Source: Archangiaceae bacterium (lineage in GTDB: Bacteria > Myxococcota > Myxococcia > Myxococcales > Myxococcaceae). From it: 13,548 nt of DNA. The translations under genes were made by a program, and so were the position numbers. Below the pieces are notes generated by a model. The model searched no databases and was not told the origin of the DNA. It worked only from the letters and a program-made list of their open reading frames with translations. This document shows positions 1-7,148 of this stretch, piece by piece. Numbering within the stretch: the first letter of the stretch is position 1; the number at the start of each line of letters is the position of its first letter. The stretch is from NCBI GenBank assembly GCA_043750125.1, contig JAYVCD010000244.1, forward strand, positions 1 through 13,548. The letters are read 5' to 3'.

Positions 1-585
1 GGAAGAATCGCAGCCAGCCCGGTGATGCTGACCGGAATGCGCGACGGACTTCAGTCGGGCATCGACACCCTGAGCAAGCCGGTGCAGGCCTTCGACTACA
101 CTGCGATGGCCACCGCCTACGGTTTGGCGGCCACGGCGACGGGTGTGACGACCTTCACCAGCAAGTTGCTCGCGGCCGAGCTGATGATCACCGCGGGCGC
201 CAACTTCGTCGTCGCAGTGGACGGCGGCTGGGATACCCACGGCGACACGTCGGGCAACAACGTCCGCACGATGATGAATGCCCGAATCCTTCCTTCGCTG
301 AAGGTCTTCATCAACCGGATGATGAACCTGCCGGACCGCAACGTCGTCGTGGCCATCATTGGCGACTTCGGCCGCAGCCTCCCCGGTTCGGATCACGCGT
401 CGGCGCTCAACGCGACGGTCATCGGGAAGTACGTCAAGGTCGGCACGACCGGAAAAGTGGCTGCCAACGTCACCCTTCCTGCCGGAACGCCGTCGGTGCC
501 TGGCTTCTGGGCCTACCTTTCGAAGGCGCTCAAGGTTCCGACCGACCCGTTCGGCGCGAACCCGCACACGTCTATTCTTCTTTAG
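1..585 (+). CDS. DUF1501 domain-containing protein (C-terminal part; 5' end lies outside the window)
   Basis: Frame is open from base 1 (GRIAASPVMLTG...) to TAG at 583-585. It carries the DUF1501 hallmark motifs GGWDTHG, IIGDFGRS and GSDH. Confidence 0.8.
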   Translation, partial: GRIAASPVMLTGMRDGLQSGIDTLSKPVQAFDYTAMATAYGLAATATGVTTFTSKLLAAELMITAGANFVVAVDGGWDTHGDTSGNNVRTMMNARILPSLKVFINRMMNLPDRNVVVAIIGDFGRSLPGSDHASALNATVIGKYVKVGTTGKVAANVTLPAGTPSVPGFWAYLSKALKVPTDPFGANPHTSILL

Positions 586-631
586 CTTCCAATAGAACGA
601 GGGCGGCTGGCAGGGCGCTGTCGGCCAAGAA

Positions 632-674
632 GAAGGGCTTCCATGCATTCTGGCATAGAGGCCCTTCACTTTTT
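632..674 (+). terminator. Rho-independent terminator downstream of the DUF1501 gene
   Basis: 15-bp stem GAAGGGCTTCCATGC (632-646) / GCATAGAGGCCCTTC (653-667) with one mismatch and one G-U pair, a 6-nt loop, then ACTTTTT (668-674). Confidence 0.75.
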
Positions 675-752
675 GTCCGGGTCTCGGACAGCGAGGGCGT
701 CCATGTACCAGGCGGCCGGCGGCGAAATCCCAGTCTGTCTACGGGGCTAAGT

Positions 753-770
753 CAGGCGCGATTGGTGCTT
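753..770 (+). promoter_or_regulatory. Candidate sigma54 (-24/-12) promoter for the small lipoprotein gene
   Basis: cAGGCGCGattggTGCTT has GG (755-756)-N10-GC (767-768) and resembles TGGCACG-N4-TTGC. Predicted +1 is about 780, just upstream of ATG 782. Confidence 0.35.
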
Positions 771-781
771 TGGGCAGGGGG

Positions 782-1246
782 ATGAACGCTCAAAAACGCT
801 TCCTGCTGCTCGGTGTGGTCTCGGCGTGCGGGCTTCTATTCCAGGGGTGTGAAGGCGGCCTCGCCAGCGATCCGTCGATGAACCTCACCGGCACCGAAGA
901 GGAACCGCTCACCAGTGGGCCGGCAAACACGCCTTCGTGCGCCAGCCCCAAGGTTTTGATCTGTCACATTCCCCCCGGGAACCCCGCCAACGCCCATTCA
1001 ATCTGTGTCGGAGCCCCGGCCGTGAAAGCCCACGTCACCCACCACGGCGACGGGCTGGGAGCGTGTCGGCCCCTCGCTTCGGATGCCGGCGTCCCAGTCT
1101 CCCCTCCGCCCCCGATGCCCCCGCCTGCCATCGACGCCGGCCCGACCTGCAAGGGCGTGAGTGTCGCCTGCACCAACAGCGCCCAGTGCTGTGCGGCGAT
1201 GACCTGCCTTCAGGGCGAAGGGGTCTGCGGCCCGCTGATTCAGTGA
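782..1246 (+). CDS. Small secreted lipoprotein: His/Cys-rich 'ICHIPPGNP' domain, Pro-rich linker and C-terminal six-Cys module
   Basis: ATG 782 follows a purine-rich GGCAGGGGG and is preferred over TTG 770. Signal peptide MNAQKRFLLLGVVSACGLLFQG|C. Contains KVLICHIPPGNPANAHSICV...AHVTHHGDGLGAC, a PPPPMPPP linker and C-x6-C-x5-CC-x4-C-x6-C. Confidence 0.75.
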   Translation: MNAQKRFLLLGVVSACGLLFQGCEGGLASDPSMNLTGTEEEPLTSGPANTPSCASPKVLICHIPPGNPANAHSICVGAPAVKAHVTHHGDGLGACRPLASDAGVPVSPPPPMPPPAIDAGPTCKGVSVACTNSAQCCAAMTCLQGEGVCGPLIQ

Positions 1247-1247
1247 C

Positions 1248-1279
1248 CCTGTGCTCCCGGCACCCCGTGCTCCCGGCAC
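1248..1279. repeat. Two-copy 16-bp tandem repeat just after the stop codon
   Basis: CCTGTGCTCCCGGCAC (1248-1263) and CCCGTGCTCCCGGCAC (1264-1279). The 13-bp core GTGCTCCCGGCAC is identical. Confidence 0.8.
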
Positions 1280-1336
1280 TGAGCAACCGGGCATATGTCC
1301 GACCCTTTGGACCGGCCGCAGGGGCTGAGCTGTGAG

Positions 1337-1389
1337 TTATGAGAACATAAACAACTGTAACAACTAGCATTTTCTAAATTTGACTACAG
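1337..1389. promoter_or_regulatory. AT-rich putative promoter/operator region upstream of the BsuPI-domain lipoprotein gene
   Basis: Sharply AT-rich patch in a GC-rich context. Contains the inverted repeat TTATG-agaa-CATAA (1337-1350) and the direct repeat AACAACT (1350-1356, 1359-1365). Confidence 0.45.
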
Positions 1390-1417
1390 TGTGGGCCCGT
1401 GGCACACAGCGCGCCCC

Positions 1418-2482
1418 ATGAAAACCGCGCTCCTTGCCGTCACCACCGCCGCACTGTTGGGCTGTGGCCCGAACACCGCCTCGATCAGCTCTTCGATGGA
1501 AGGCGAGTCAGAGACTGCTTCCACCACCGGCGAGCTGGTCTCGAACCGTTCGGACCTCTGGTTCCCGATGCAGGAGGCCAACACCTGGACGCTGGAATCG
1601 CCCTCCGGTGCAGTGCGCACGGTGAGCTTCGAAGGGGTTTACGGTGGCGTGGGCTTCGTCAACGGCCTGATGCTCGATGGCCGGTGGATGGGGACTGCCT
1701 CGTCGGCGCCGAACTCGCTGTACTCGTGGAATGAAACGACCCATTCCTGGAGCCCGTTCATTCGCTTCGGTTACGCAGTCACGACGTGGAATTGGGGCGA
1801 GGGCGCCTGCAACGCGTACACGGTCAAGCGCTCGCAGACCAATCGCACGCTCACCACTCCGGCCGGAACGTTCACGGGCACGCGCACCATTGCGTTCGAG
1901 CGGCTTCCTTCGCCGACGGCGCGCTGCCTGCCTCCGGCGTTCACTGAGCTCACGTTCGCTCCGGGCGTGGGCTTGATCGCGATCGGGACCTACGACGGCA
2001 CGTTCCTGCTCAAGTCCGCCACCGTGAACGGGAAGGCCGTGCCCGCGGTCAGCGCGATCAAGGGCTCGCTGCGGCTCGACAAGTCGAGTTACGTCAACAC
2101 CCCCAACACCATCGCGTGCATCACCACCCCGTGCCCGGGCAACGATGTCACGTCGACCGCCAAGGCCACGTACACGGTCACCAACAATGGCACCCAGAGC
2201 GAGACCTTTCAGTTCAACAGCGGCTGCCAGTTCGACGTGAAGGTTGTCGACGACACCGGCAAGATCGCCTACTCGCTGTCCGAGCTGCGCCTGTGCATTG
2301 AATCGCTCACCAGCTTCACGTTGGCGCCGGGTCAGTCGAAGATCTTCACCGCCGACCTCTTGCTGGCGAACCGCGTCGGCGAGCAGCTGTTCGGCAACTA
2401 CACCGCGATGGCCTCGCTGAACGTCCTCAACGGCGCCTCGACCGCGCAGTCGGCCGCGAGCTTCATCGTCGTCAAGCCGTAG
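1418..2482 (+). CDS. Lipoprotein with an N-terminal 'TPAGTF...APGVGL' beta domain and a C-terminal BsuPI-like (proteinase inhibitor-like) Ig-fold domain
   Basis: ATG 1418 gives MKTALLAVTTAALLG|C (lipobox). The C-terminal TYTVTNNGTQSETFQFNSGCQFDVKVVD...FTLAPGQSKIF matches the BsuPI pattern. The middle region has TLTTPAGTF and TFAPGVGLIA, typical of DUF3108-like domains. Confidence 0.7.
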   Translation: MKTALLAVTTAALLGCGPNTASISSSMEGESETASTTGELVSNRSDLWFPMQEANTWTLESPSGAVRTVSFEGVYGGVGFVNGLMLDGRWMGTASSAPNSLYSWNETTHSWSPFIRFGYAVTTWNWGEGACNAYTVKRSQTNRTLTTPAGTFTGTRTIAFERLPSPTARCLPPAFTELTFAPGVGLIAIGTYDGTFLLKSATVNGKAVPAVSAIKGSLRLDKSSYVNTPNTIACITTPCPGNDVTSTAKATYTVTNNGTQSETFQFNSGCQFDVKVVDDTGKIAYSLSELRLCIESLTSFTLAPGQSKIFTADLLLANRVGEQLFGNYTAMASLNVLNGASTAQSAASFIVVKP

Positions 2483-2495
2483 CCGTACTCTAGAA

Positions 2496-4214
2496 GTGCT
2501 CGCAGTCCTCGCGTTCCTCGTGGCGGCCGCTGCTCCTGACGGAGCGCAGGCAGGCTACGAGGAGCGACTTGTTTCGTGGGCGCTGGCGCAGAATCCGGGC
2601 CGGGAAATCGAGCCGCAACCCGAAGGGCTCCAGGTCGAAGAGGTGTTGGTCGCTGCGGAAGAGGTCTTCTCGGTTTCGGACCCCTGGCCGGACCTGTTCA
2701 ACATCTTTCACGTGCGCACCCGCGAAGGCGTGATTCGCCAGGAAGTGCTGCTCGAGGTGGGCGAGCGTTGGAATGGGGCCCGCATCGAAGAGACCGAACG
2801 GATCCTGCGCGGGTTGTTCATTCTGGCCGTCGCCAAAGTCGTGCCGCTCAAAGGGCGCGCGGGCGGAGTGGCGTTGTTGGTGGTGACGAAGGACCGCTGG
2901 AGTCTTCGGCTCAACAACGACTTCAACCTGGTGGGAGGGCTGCTGCAGCTGTTGCGGCTGATTCCCACCGAGCAGAACTTCCTCGGGCGTGACCAACAAC
3001 TGTTGGTCGATTTCCTGCTCAGGCTCGACACCTTGACCATTTCGCAGCTGTTTCGGGAACGCCGGGTGTTCGGCTCCCACCTGCTGTTTTCCGAGTCGGC
3101 GGGGGTGATCTTCAATCGTCGGACGGGCGCGACCGAGGGTTCATCGGGAAGCACCTCTTTTGGTTTGCCGTTGGCGTCCCTCAGCCAGGAGTGGGCTTTT
3201 GGCGTCGAGGGGTACTGGAACATTCGCACCCGGCGAACCTTTTGTGGCGCGCACGTCTGCGACGTCTCATCGCCGGACCTCGGACTCAAAGTTCCGCTCG
3301 CCTACGACGTGCGGAACTTCGGCGCCTCGGTCGCGGTGACGCGCAGCTTCGGCCGACTGTGGAAGACCGACATCACCGCGGCGGTCGGTGGCTATTCGGT
3401 GCGGTACGGGGCTCCGAACGGAAGCACGCTCGATCCCGACCAACTGTCGCTGCTGGCGGCCCGGGTGTTGCCGCGGTCTGAGGACGCGACGTACCTGTTG
3501 GGGAAGGTCAGATTTTTCAAAGCCGACTACCGGGTGCTGAAGAACATCGACACCTTCCAGCTTTCCGAGGACTACCAGGTGGGGCCGCTGCTGAAGGGTG
3601 GGCTGCGGTACGCGATTCCCACCTTCGTTCGATCTCACTTCCTCGAAGCGGGCGCGGCGATTGGCTACCGCTGGTTGAGCGCGAGTGAGGACGTGTTGAC
3701 CCTCACCGTCGCAGGGGCCGCACGCTTCGTTCCCAATGGCCCGACGGTCAATCGGCACATCGCTGCAGAAATCGTGAACGTCTCGCCTTCTTTGCTCATC
3801 GGCCGCCTGGTGACGCGCCTGGTGTACGACGTGAAGAAAGACGATTTGGACAACCGGGTGGTGCTGCTGGGGGGAGGCAACGGGCTGCGCGGCGCTCCGG
3901 CCGAGCTGCTGTCAGGAAAAAACCTGCTGCTGGCCAACATCGAGTACCGCACCCGGGCCTTCGAGGTGAGGACCGTCTTCCTCGGGCTGGTCCTCTTCTA
4001 TGACGCCGGCTCGGCGTTCGACGGAACGGTCAATCTCACCCACACGGTGGGATTAGGGGTGCGGATTTTGCTGCCCCAGTTCAACCAGGAGACGATTCGG
4101 ATCGATGTGGGTTTTGTGATCGGCGGCAACAACAGCTCAGTCGCCGACCGTTTCAGCGCGACCTTCGGGCAGATTACCGACATTCGCCCCTTGTTTCTCG
4201 ACGACCCGATTTGA
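2496..4214 (+). CDS. Omp85 superfamily (BamA/TamA-like) outer-membrane beta-barrel protein with one POTRA-like domain
   Basis: Hydrophobic N-terminus. POTRA-like segment TREGVIRQEVLL...ETERILRGL...VVTKDRWSL. Loop-6 motif GGGNGLRG and C-terminal barrel strands ANIEYRT, LFYDAGSAF, VGLGVRI, IRIDVGF. Confidence 0.75.
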   Translation: MLAVLAFLVAAAAPDGAQAGYEERLVSWALAQNPGREIEPQPEGLQVEEVLVAAEEVFSVSDPWPDLFNIFHVRTREGVIRQEVLLEVGERWNGARIEETERILRGLFILAVAKVVPLKGRAGGVALLVVTKDRWSLRLNNDFNLVGGLLQLLRLIPTEQNFLGRDQQLLVDFLLRLDTLTISQLFRERRVFGSHLLFSESAGVIFNRRTGATEGSSGSTSFGLPLASLSQEWAFGVEGYWNIRTRRTFCGAHVCDVSSPDLGLKVPLAYDVRNFGASVAVTRSFGRLWKTDITAAVGGYSVRYGAPNGSTLDPDQLSLLAARVLPRSEDATYLLGKVRFFKADYRVLKNIDTFQLSEDYQVGPLLKGGLRYAIPTFVRSHFLEAGAAIGYRWLSASEDVLTLTVAGAARFVPNGPTVNRHIAAEIVNVSPSLLIGRLVTRLVYDVKKDDLDNRVVLLGGGNGLRGAPAELLSGKNLLLANIEYRTRAFEVRTVFLGLVLFYDAGSAFDGTVNLTHTVGLGVRILLPQFNQETIRIDVGFVIGGNNSSVADRFSATFGQITDIRPLFLDDPI

Positions 4215-4241
4215 GCGCAGCTGTGGCATCGTCGCGAGACG

Positions 4242-5174
4242 ATGGAATTGCCGTTCGAAGAAGGTGAGACCCTCGTCTCGTGCGTGCTGGTGGTCGATGA
4301 CGAGCCCAGCGTTCGCGACGTCTTCGCCCGGCTGCTGGCGCGTGAGCAGAATTTGTCGGTTCAGACTGCCGACAGCGCCGAGGCCGCGGTCTTTCTCCTT
4401 CGCCAACAACGCTTCGACCTGTTGATCACCGACAAGAATCTTCCCGGAATGGGAGGGATCGAATTGATCGGTGAGGCGCGGAAGCTGCGGCCGAACATCG
4501 AAGCGATCATGATCACCGGCTACGCGAGCGCCGAATCGGTGATCGCCGCGTTCGCTGCGGGCGCTTCGGACTACGTGCTCAAGCCGTTCGAAGAGATCGG
4601 CGTGATGCGCGCGAAGATCCACGCGGCGCTCGATCGACGCAAAGCGTGGGTCAAGGGCAGCACCGATTCGCAGCAGATGGCGCTCGAGGCTTCCCTGCTG
4701 CTCGCAGAAGGAAAGACGGTCTCGGACCCAAGCTGGCATCGGCTGGAACAACAGCTCGCCTCGTACGAGCTGGCAATTCGGGCCGGCGCGTGGGGCAGCG
4801 TGATGGTCGTCGGCTCACCGGCCACAGTGACCCAGCTGAAGCAGGGAGGAATCGAAGCGTTCCTGGTCGGACCCGACGACATGCGACTGGACGTTGCGGA
4901 CGTGGTGGTGATCGACACCGAACACGCGCAGTGGCGTGAGCTGGTCGAGCGGTTGGCGCCGCTGAAGCCCGACCTGCTGCTCACCTCGGGGGGCCAGCCT
5001 GGGCTTCCGGATCTGCTCGAGGCGATTTCCCTGCGCCTGGAGCTCGTCGGGGGAGACATTCAAGGGGCGTTGTCCTCCCGGGTCCGCGCGGTGCTGATGC
5101 GACAGGCGGTCCACCTGGCCCAGACCTCGCTGGCGGTCGCGTTGGGTGAATTCCGAAACGCGCTGACTGGCTAG
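4242..5174 (+). CDS. Response regulator: intact N-terminal receiver domain, no recognisable DNA-binding output
   Basis: VLVVDDE acidic pocket, DLLITDKNLPGMGG (phospho-Asp), MITGY and DYVLKPF. Confidence 0.9.
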   Translation: MELPFEEGETLVSCVLVVDDEPSVRDVFARLLAREQNLSVQTADSAEAAVFLLRQQRFDLLITDKNLPGMGGIELIGEARKLRPNIEAIMITGYASAESVIAAFAAGASDYVLKPFEEIGVMRAKIHAALDRRKAWVKGSTDSQQMALEASLLLAEGKTVSDPSWHRLEQQLASYELAIRAGAWGSVMVVGSPATVTQLKQGGIEAFLVGPDDMRLDVADVVVIDTEHAQWRELVERLAPLKPDLLLTSGGQPGLPDLLEAISLRLELVGGDIQGALSSRVRAVLMRQAVHLAQTSLAVALGEFRNALTG

Positions 5175-5920
5175 GGCACGTTCACGCCCAGCAACTCTTT
5201 GAAGATCACCTGGGCGGCGTCGGCAAAGAGCCGGTCGCCCGGGACCATTCCTCCACAGTGGGAGCTCTCTCGGGCGAAGGTCAGCCCGACGCACTTGCCC
5301 AGCAGCGCCGCCCAGAGAGTGCTTGAGCCTTCGGGCAGCAGCTGATCGCGGATCAGCTCGAGCGGCCAGGGGACGACGCTCAACGGGTCGGCGTCGCAGA
5401 GGGTCGTGAAGCAGTCGAGATCGAAGTCCAGCAGCGTCGAGCCCGCCTTCGAAATCAGTTCCGACACCTCGAGGCACCTCGGGCCGTTGATCAGCCGGTC
5501 GAGGGAAGGGGCGATGAGCAGCAGGTGCGTCGTGCCGCGCGAGTCGACCCAGCGATCTCCACTGACGCACCCTTCGGGCCGCGCGCGGGCAATCACGACC
5601 ACATCGCCCACCAGGCCTGCTTCCATCGCCGCAAGAATGTGATCCACGTTGCGCACATCGAGCTTCCGGCGCGCGTATTCGTCCAGCGCCAGCACGTCGG
5701 CGCCTTCCGGAGGCAACACTTTGGGAACCGCGAGATCGAGGTGGCGATCGAAGGTGACCAGCAGCGCCGGCCGCGGGCGCTCGCGCAGCGCCCAGGCCCA
5801 CGACGGCAACGCGAGTCGATGGGGCTCGAATACGAAGGCGTCCTTCGGCCCGGCACGACTTTCCATCGTGAGGTGGGTAATCCCCGCGAGCCGAAGCATC
5901 ACGTCATTGGCTTCACTCAT
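5171..5920 (-). CDS. UPF0489 family protein (arginase/deacetylase-like fold)
   Basis: Motifs FVFEPHRLAL, LLVTFDRHLDL and LLDFDLDCF match the DxHxD / DxDLDxF metal-binding pattern of the family. Starts 15 bp after the rnd stop and shares a CTAG stop overlap with the response regulator. Confidence 0.7.
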   Translation of the reverse strand: MSEANDVMLRLAGITHLTMESRAGPKDAFVFEPHRLALPSWAWALRERPRPALLVTFDRHLDLAVPKVLPPEGADVLALDEYARRKLDVRNVDHILAAMEAGLVGDVVVIARARPEGCVSGDRWVDSRGTTHLLLIAPSLDRLINGPRCLEVSELISKAGSTLLDFDLDCFTTLCDADPLSVVPWPLELIRDQLLPEGSSTLWAALLGKCVGLTFARESSHCGGMVPGDRLFADAAQVIFKELLGVNVP

Positions 5921-5935
5921 CGCAAAGAGCCCGGC

Positions 5936-7084
5936 TCAGACCGTCGCCAGCAGCCGCACCAGGTCGGCTCCGTAGAGCCGCACCCGCTTTTCCCCAATCC
6001 ACGGGATCTGCTGCAGCTCTTCGAGACTCTTGGGGTTGGTCCGGGCCACCGCTTCGATCAGTGCGTTGGGCAGCACCACGCTGGCGGTCACTTTGCGATC
6101 GACCGCCCGCGACTTGCGAAAATCGGTCAGCGCGTCTTCGCGGCGCTTCCGCTTCGGGTCCCGGAACTCTTCCACCGGACCCTCGGGCAGCTTCCCTTCT
6201 CGCTGCAGCGCAATCTGGGCTTTGATCATCGCCAGCACCTCTTCGCCGTGTTCGCGAACGAAGGCGCTGCGCACCCCTTCGCGGCGCTGAAGATCCTTCG
6301 TCTCGGTCGGAGGATTCGCCGCAATCGCCGCCACCGCTGCGTTCGACAACATCCGCCCGAAGGGAATGTTCTCTTTCTTCGCCCACTCGAGCCGCTTGCG
6401 GTGCAGATCCCACGCGACGACCTCGGCCAGCCGCACCTGCGCGGTCGACAGGCCGGACCTTGGAATCTTCGGCTTGAACTCGGTGGCGAGGTCCGGCCGG
6501 CGCGCCGCTTCATCGGCCATGCGCGCGCAGTCGAGCTCGACCTCTTCGAGAATCGCCGCCTTCTCACACGCCTCGCGCACCAGCCGGCCGATGTCGGTCA
6601 GGTAGCGCACGTCGTCGGCGATGTAGTCGCGCATTCCCGGGGGCAGCGGGCGCAAAGAGAAGTCCGACTGTTGGTGTTCCTTCAGCAGCTTCACCTGCAG
6701 TTTTTCCTGAACCAGGTCGGCCAGGCCCACCTTGGCCCAGCCGAGCAAAGTGGCCGCGCGGTGGGTGTCGAACAGCCCTTTGACCCGGATTCCCGCTTCG
6801 GCCAAATACTGAAGATCTCCGCCGGCGGCGTGAAAGAACTTGGTGACTTGCGGGTCGGCAAAGACTGTGGCCTGGGAAGAGATCTCGACCCCGGGCTGTA
6901 GGGTGTCGAGCAGGAAGATGTCGTCGTCGGTACCAATCTGCACGAAGCACAGTCGGGCGTGGAAGGCGTGCATCGCGTCGGCCTCTACGTCGACGCAAAA
7001 CTCTTTCACTTTCGACAGCGCCTGGGTGACGCGAGGCAGTTGATCAACCTGGGTGATGTCGGTCGCGCCCTGAGGGATCGTCAT
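5936..7084 (-). CDS. rnd: Ribonuclease D (DEDDy 3'-5' exonuclease with two HRDC domains)
   Basis: ExoI VDVEAD, LCFVQIG, ExoII FHAAGGDLQYL, LFDTH, SDFSLRPL, ExoIII YIADDV. HRDC-like segments ENIPFGRMLSN and KVTASVVLPN...IPWIGEKRVRLYG. Confidence 0.9.
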   Translation of the reverse strand: MTIPQGATDITQVDQLPRVTQALSKVKEFCVDVEADAMHAFHARLCFVQIGTDDDIFLLDTLQPGVEISSQATVFADPQVTKFFHAAGGDLQYLAEAGIRVKGLFDTHRAATLLGWAKVGLADLVQEKLQVKLLKEHQQSDFSLRPLPPGMRDYIADDVRYLTDIGRLVREACEKAAILEEVELDCARMADEAARRPDLATEFKPKIPRSGLSTAQVRLAEVVAWDLHRKRLEWAKKENIPFGRMLSNAAVAAIAANPPTETKDLQRREGVRSAFVREHGEEVLAMIKAQIALQREGKLPEGPVEEFRDPKRKRREDALTDFRKSRAVDRKVTASVVLPNALIEAVARTNPKSLEELQQIPWIGEKRVRLYGADLVRLLATV

Positions 7085-7101
7085 GCTCAGCCCCTATAGC
7101 A
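7085..7101 (-). promoter_or_regulatory. Candidate extended -10 promoter giving a leaderless or near-leaderless rnd transcript
   Basis: The minus strand reads TGcTATAGG-ggctgagc-ATG, so the -10-like hexamer (7093-7098) lies 8 nt from the start codon. It sits in the 64-bp divergent rnd/ttcA gap. Confidence 0.4.
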
Positions 7102-7148
7102 GCGCCGCTGGCCTTTGGACCCCGTTTCGGGCTATCGCGCCGCGCGTC

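Noticed and set aside
1248..1279. Possible CRISPR mini-array
   Set aside because: Only two adjacent 16-bp units, no spacers and no cas genes.
1400..1414. TGGCAC-acagc-GCGC sigma54-like element (GG-N10-GC)
   Set aside because: The predicted +1 (~1426) would fall downstream of the lipoprotein ATG at 1418, and the -12 box lacks TTGC.
5171..5174. Convergent stop codons sharing CTAG (also a 31-bp convergent overlap at 12741-12771)
   Set aside because: Short convergent overlaps are common in compact GC-rich genomes, and nothing here suggests a special function.
5525..6901. 458-aa plus-strand ORF, and similar long antisense ORFs such as 4815-5801, 7044-7949, 9676-10638 and 11602-12759
   Set aside because: They lie antisense to, or out of frame with, well-supported genes and have no recognisable motifs. 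Such shadow ORFs are expected from GC-rich codon bias.
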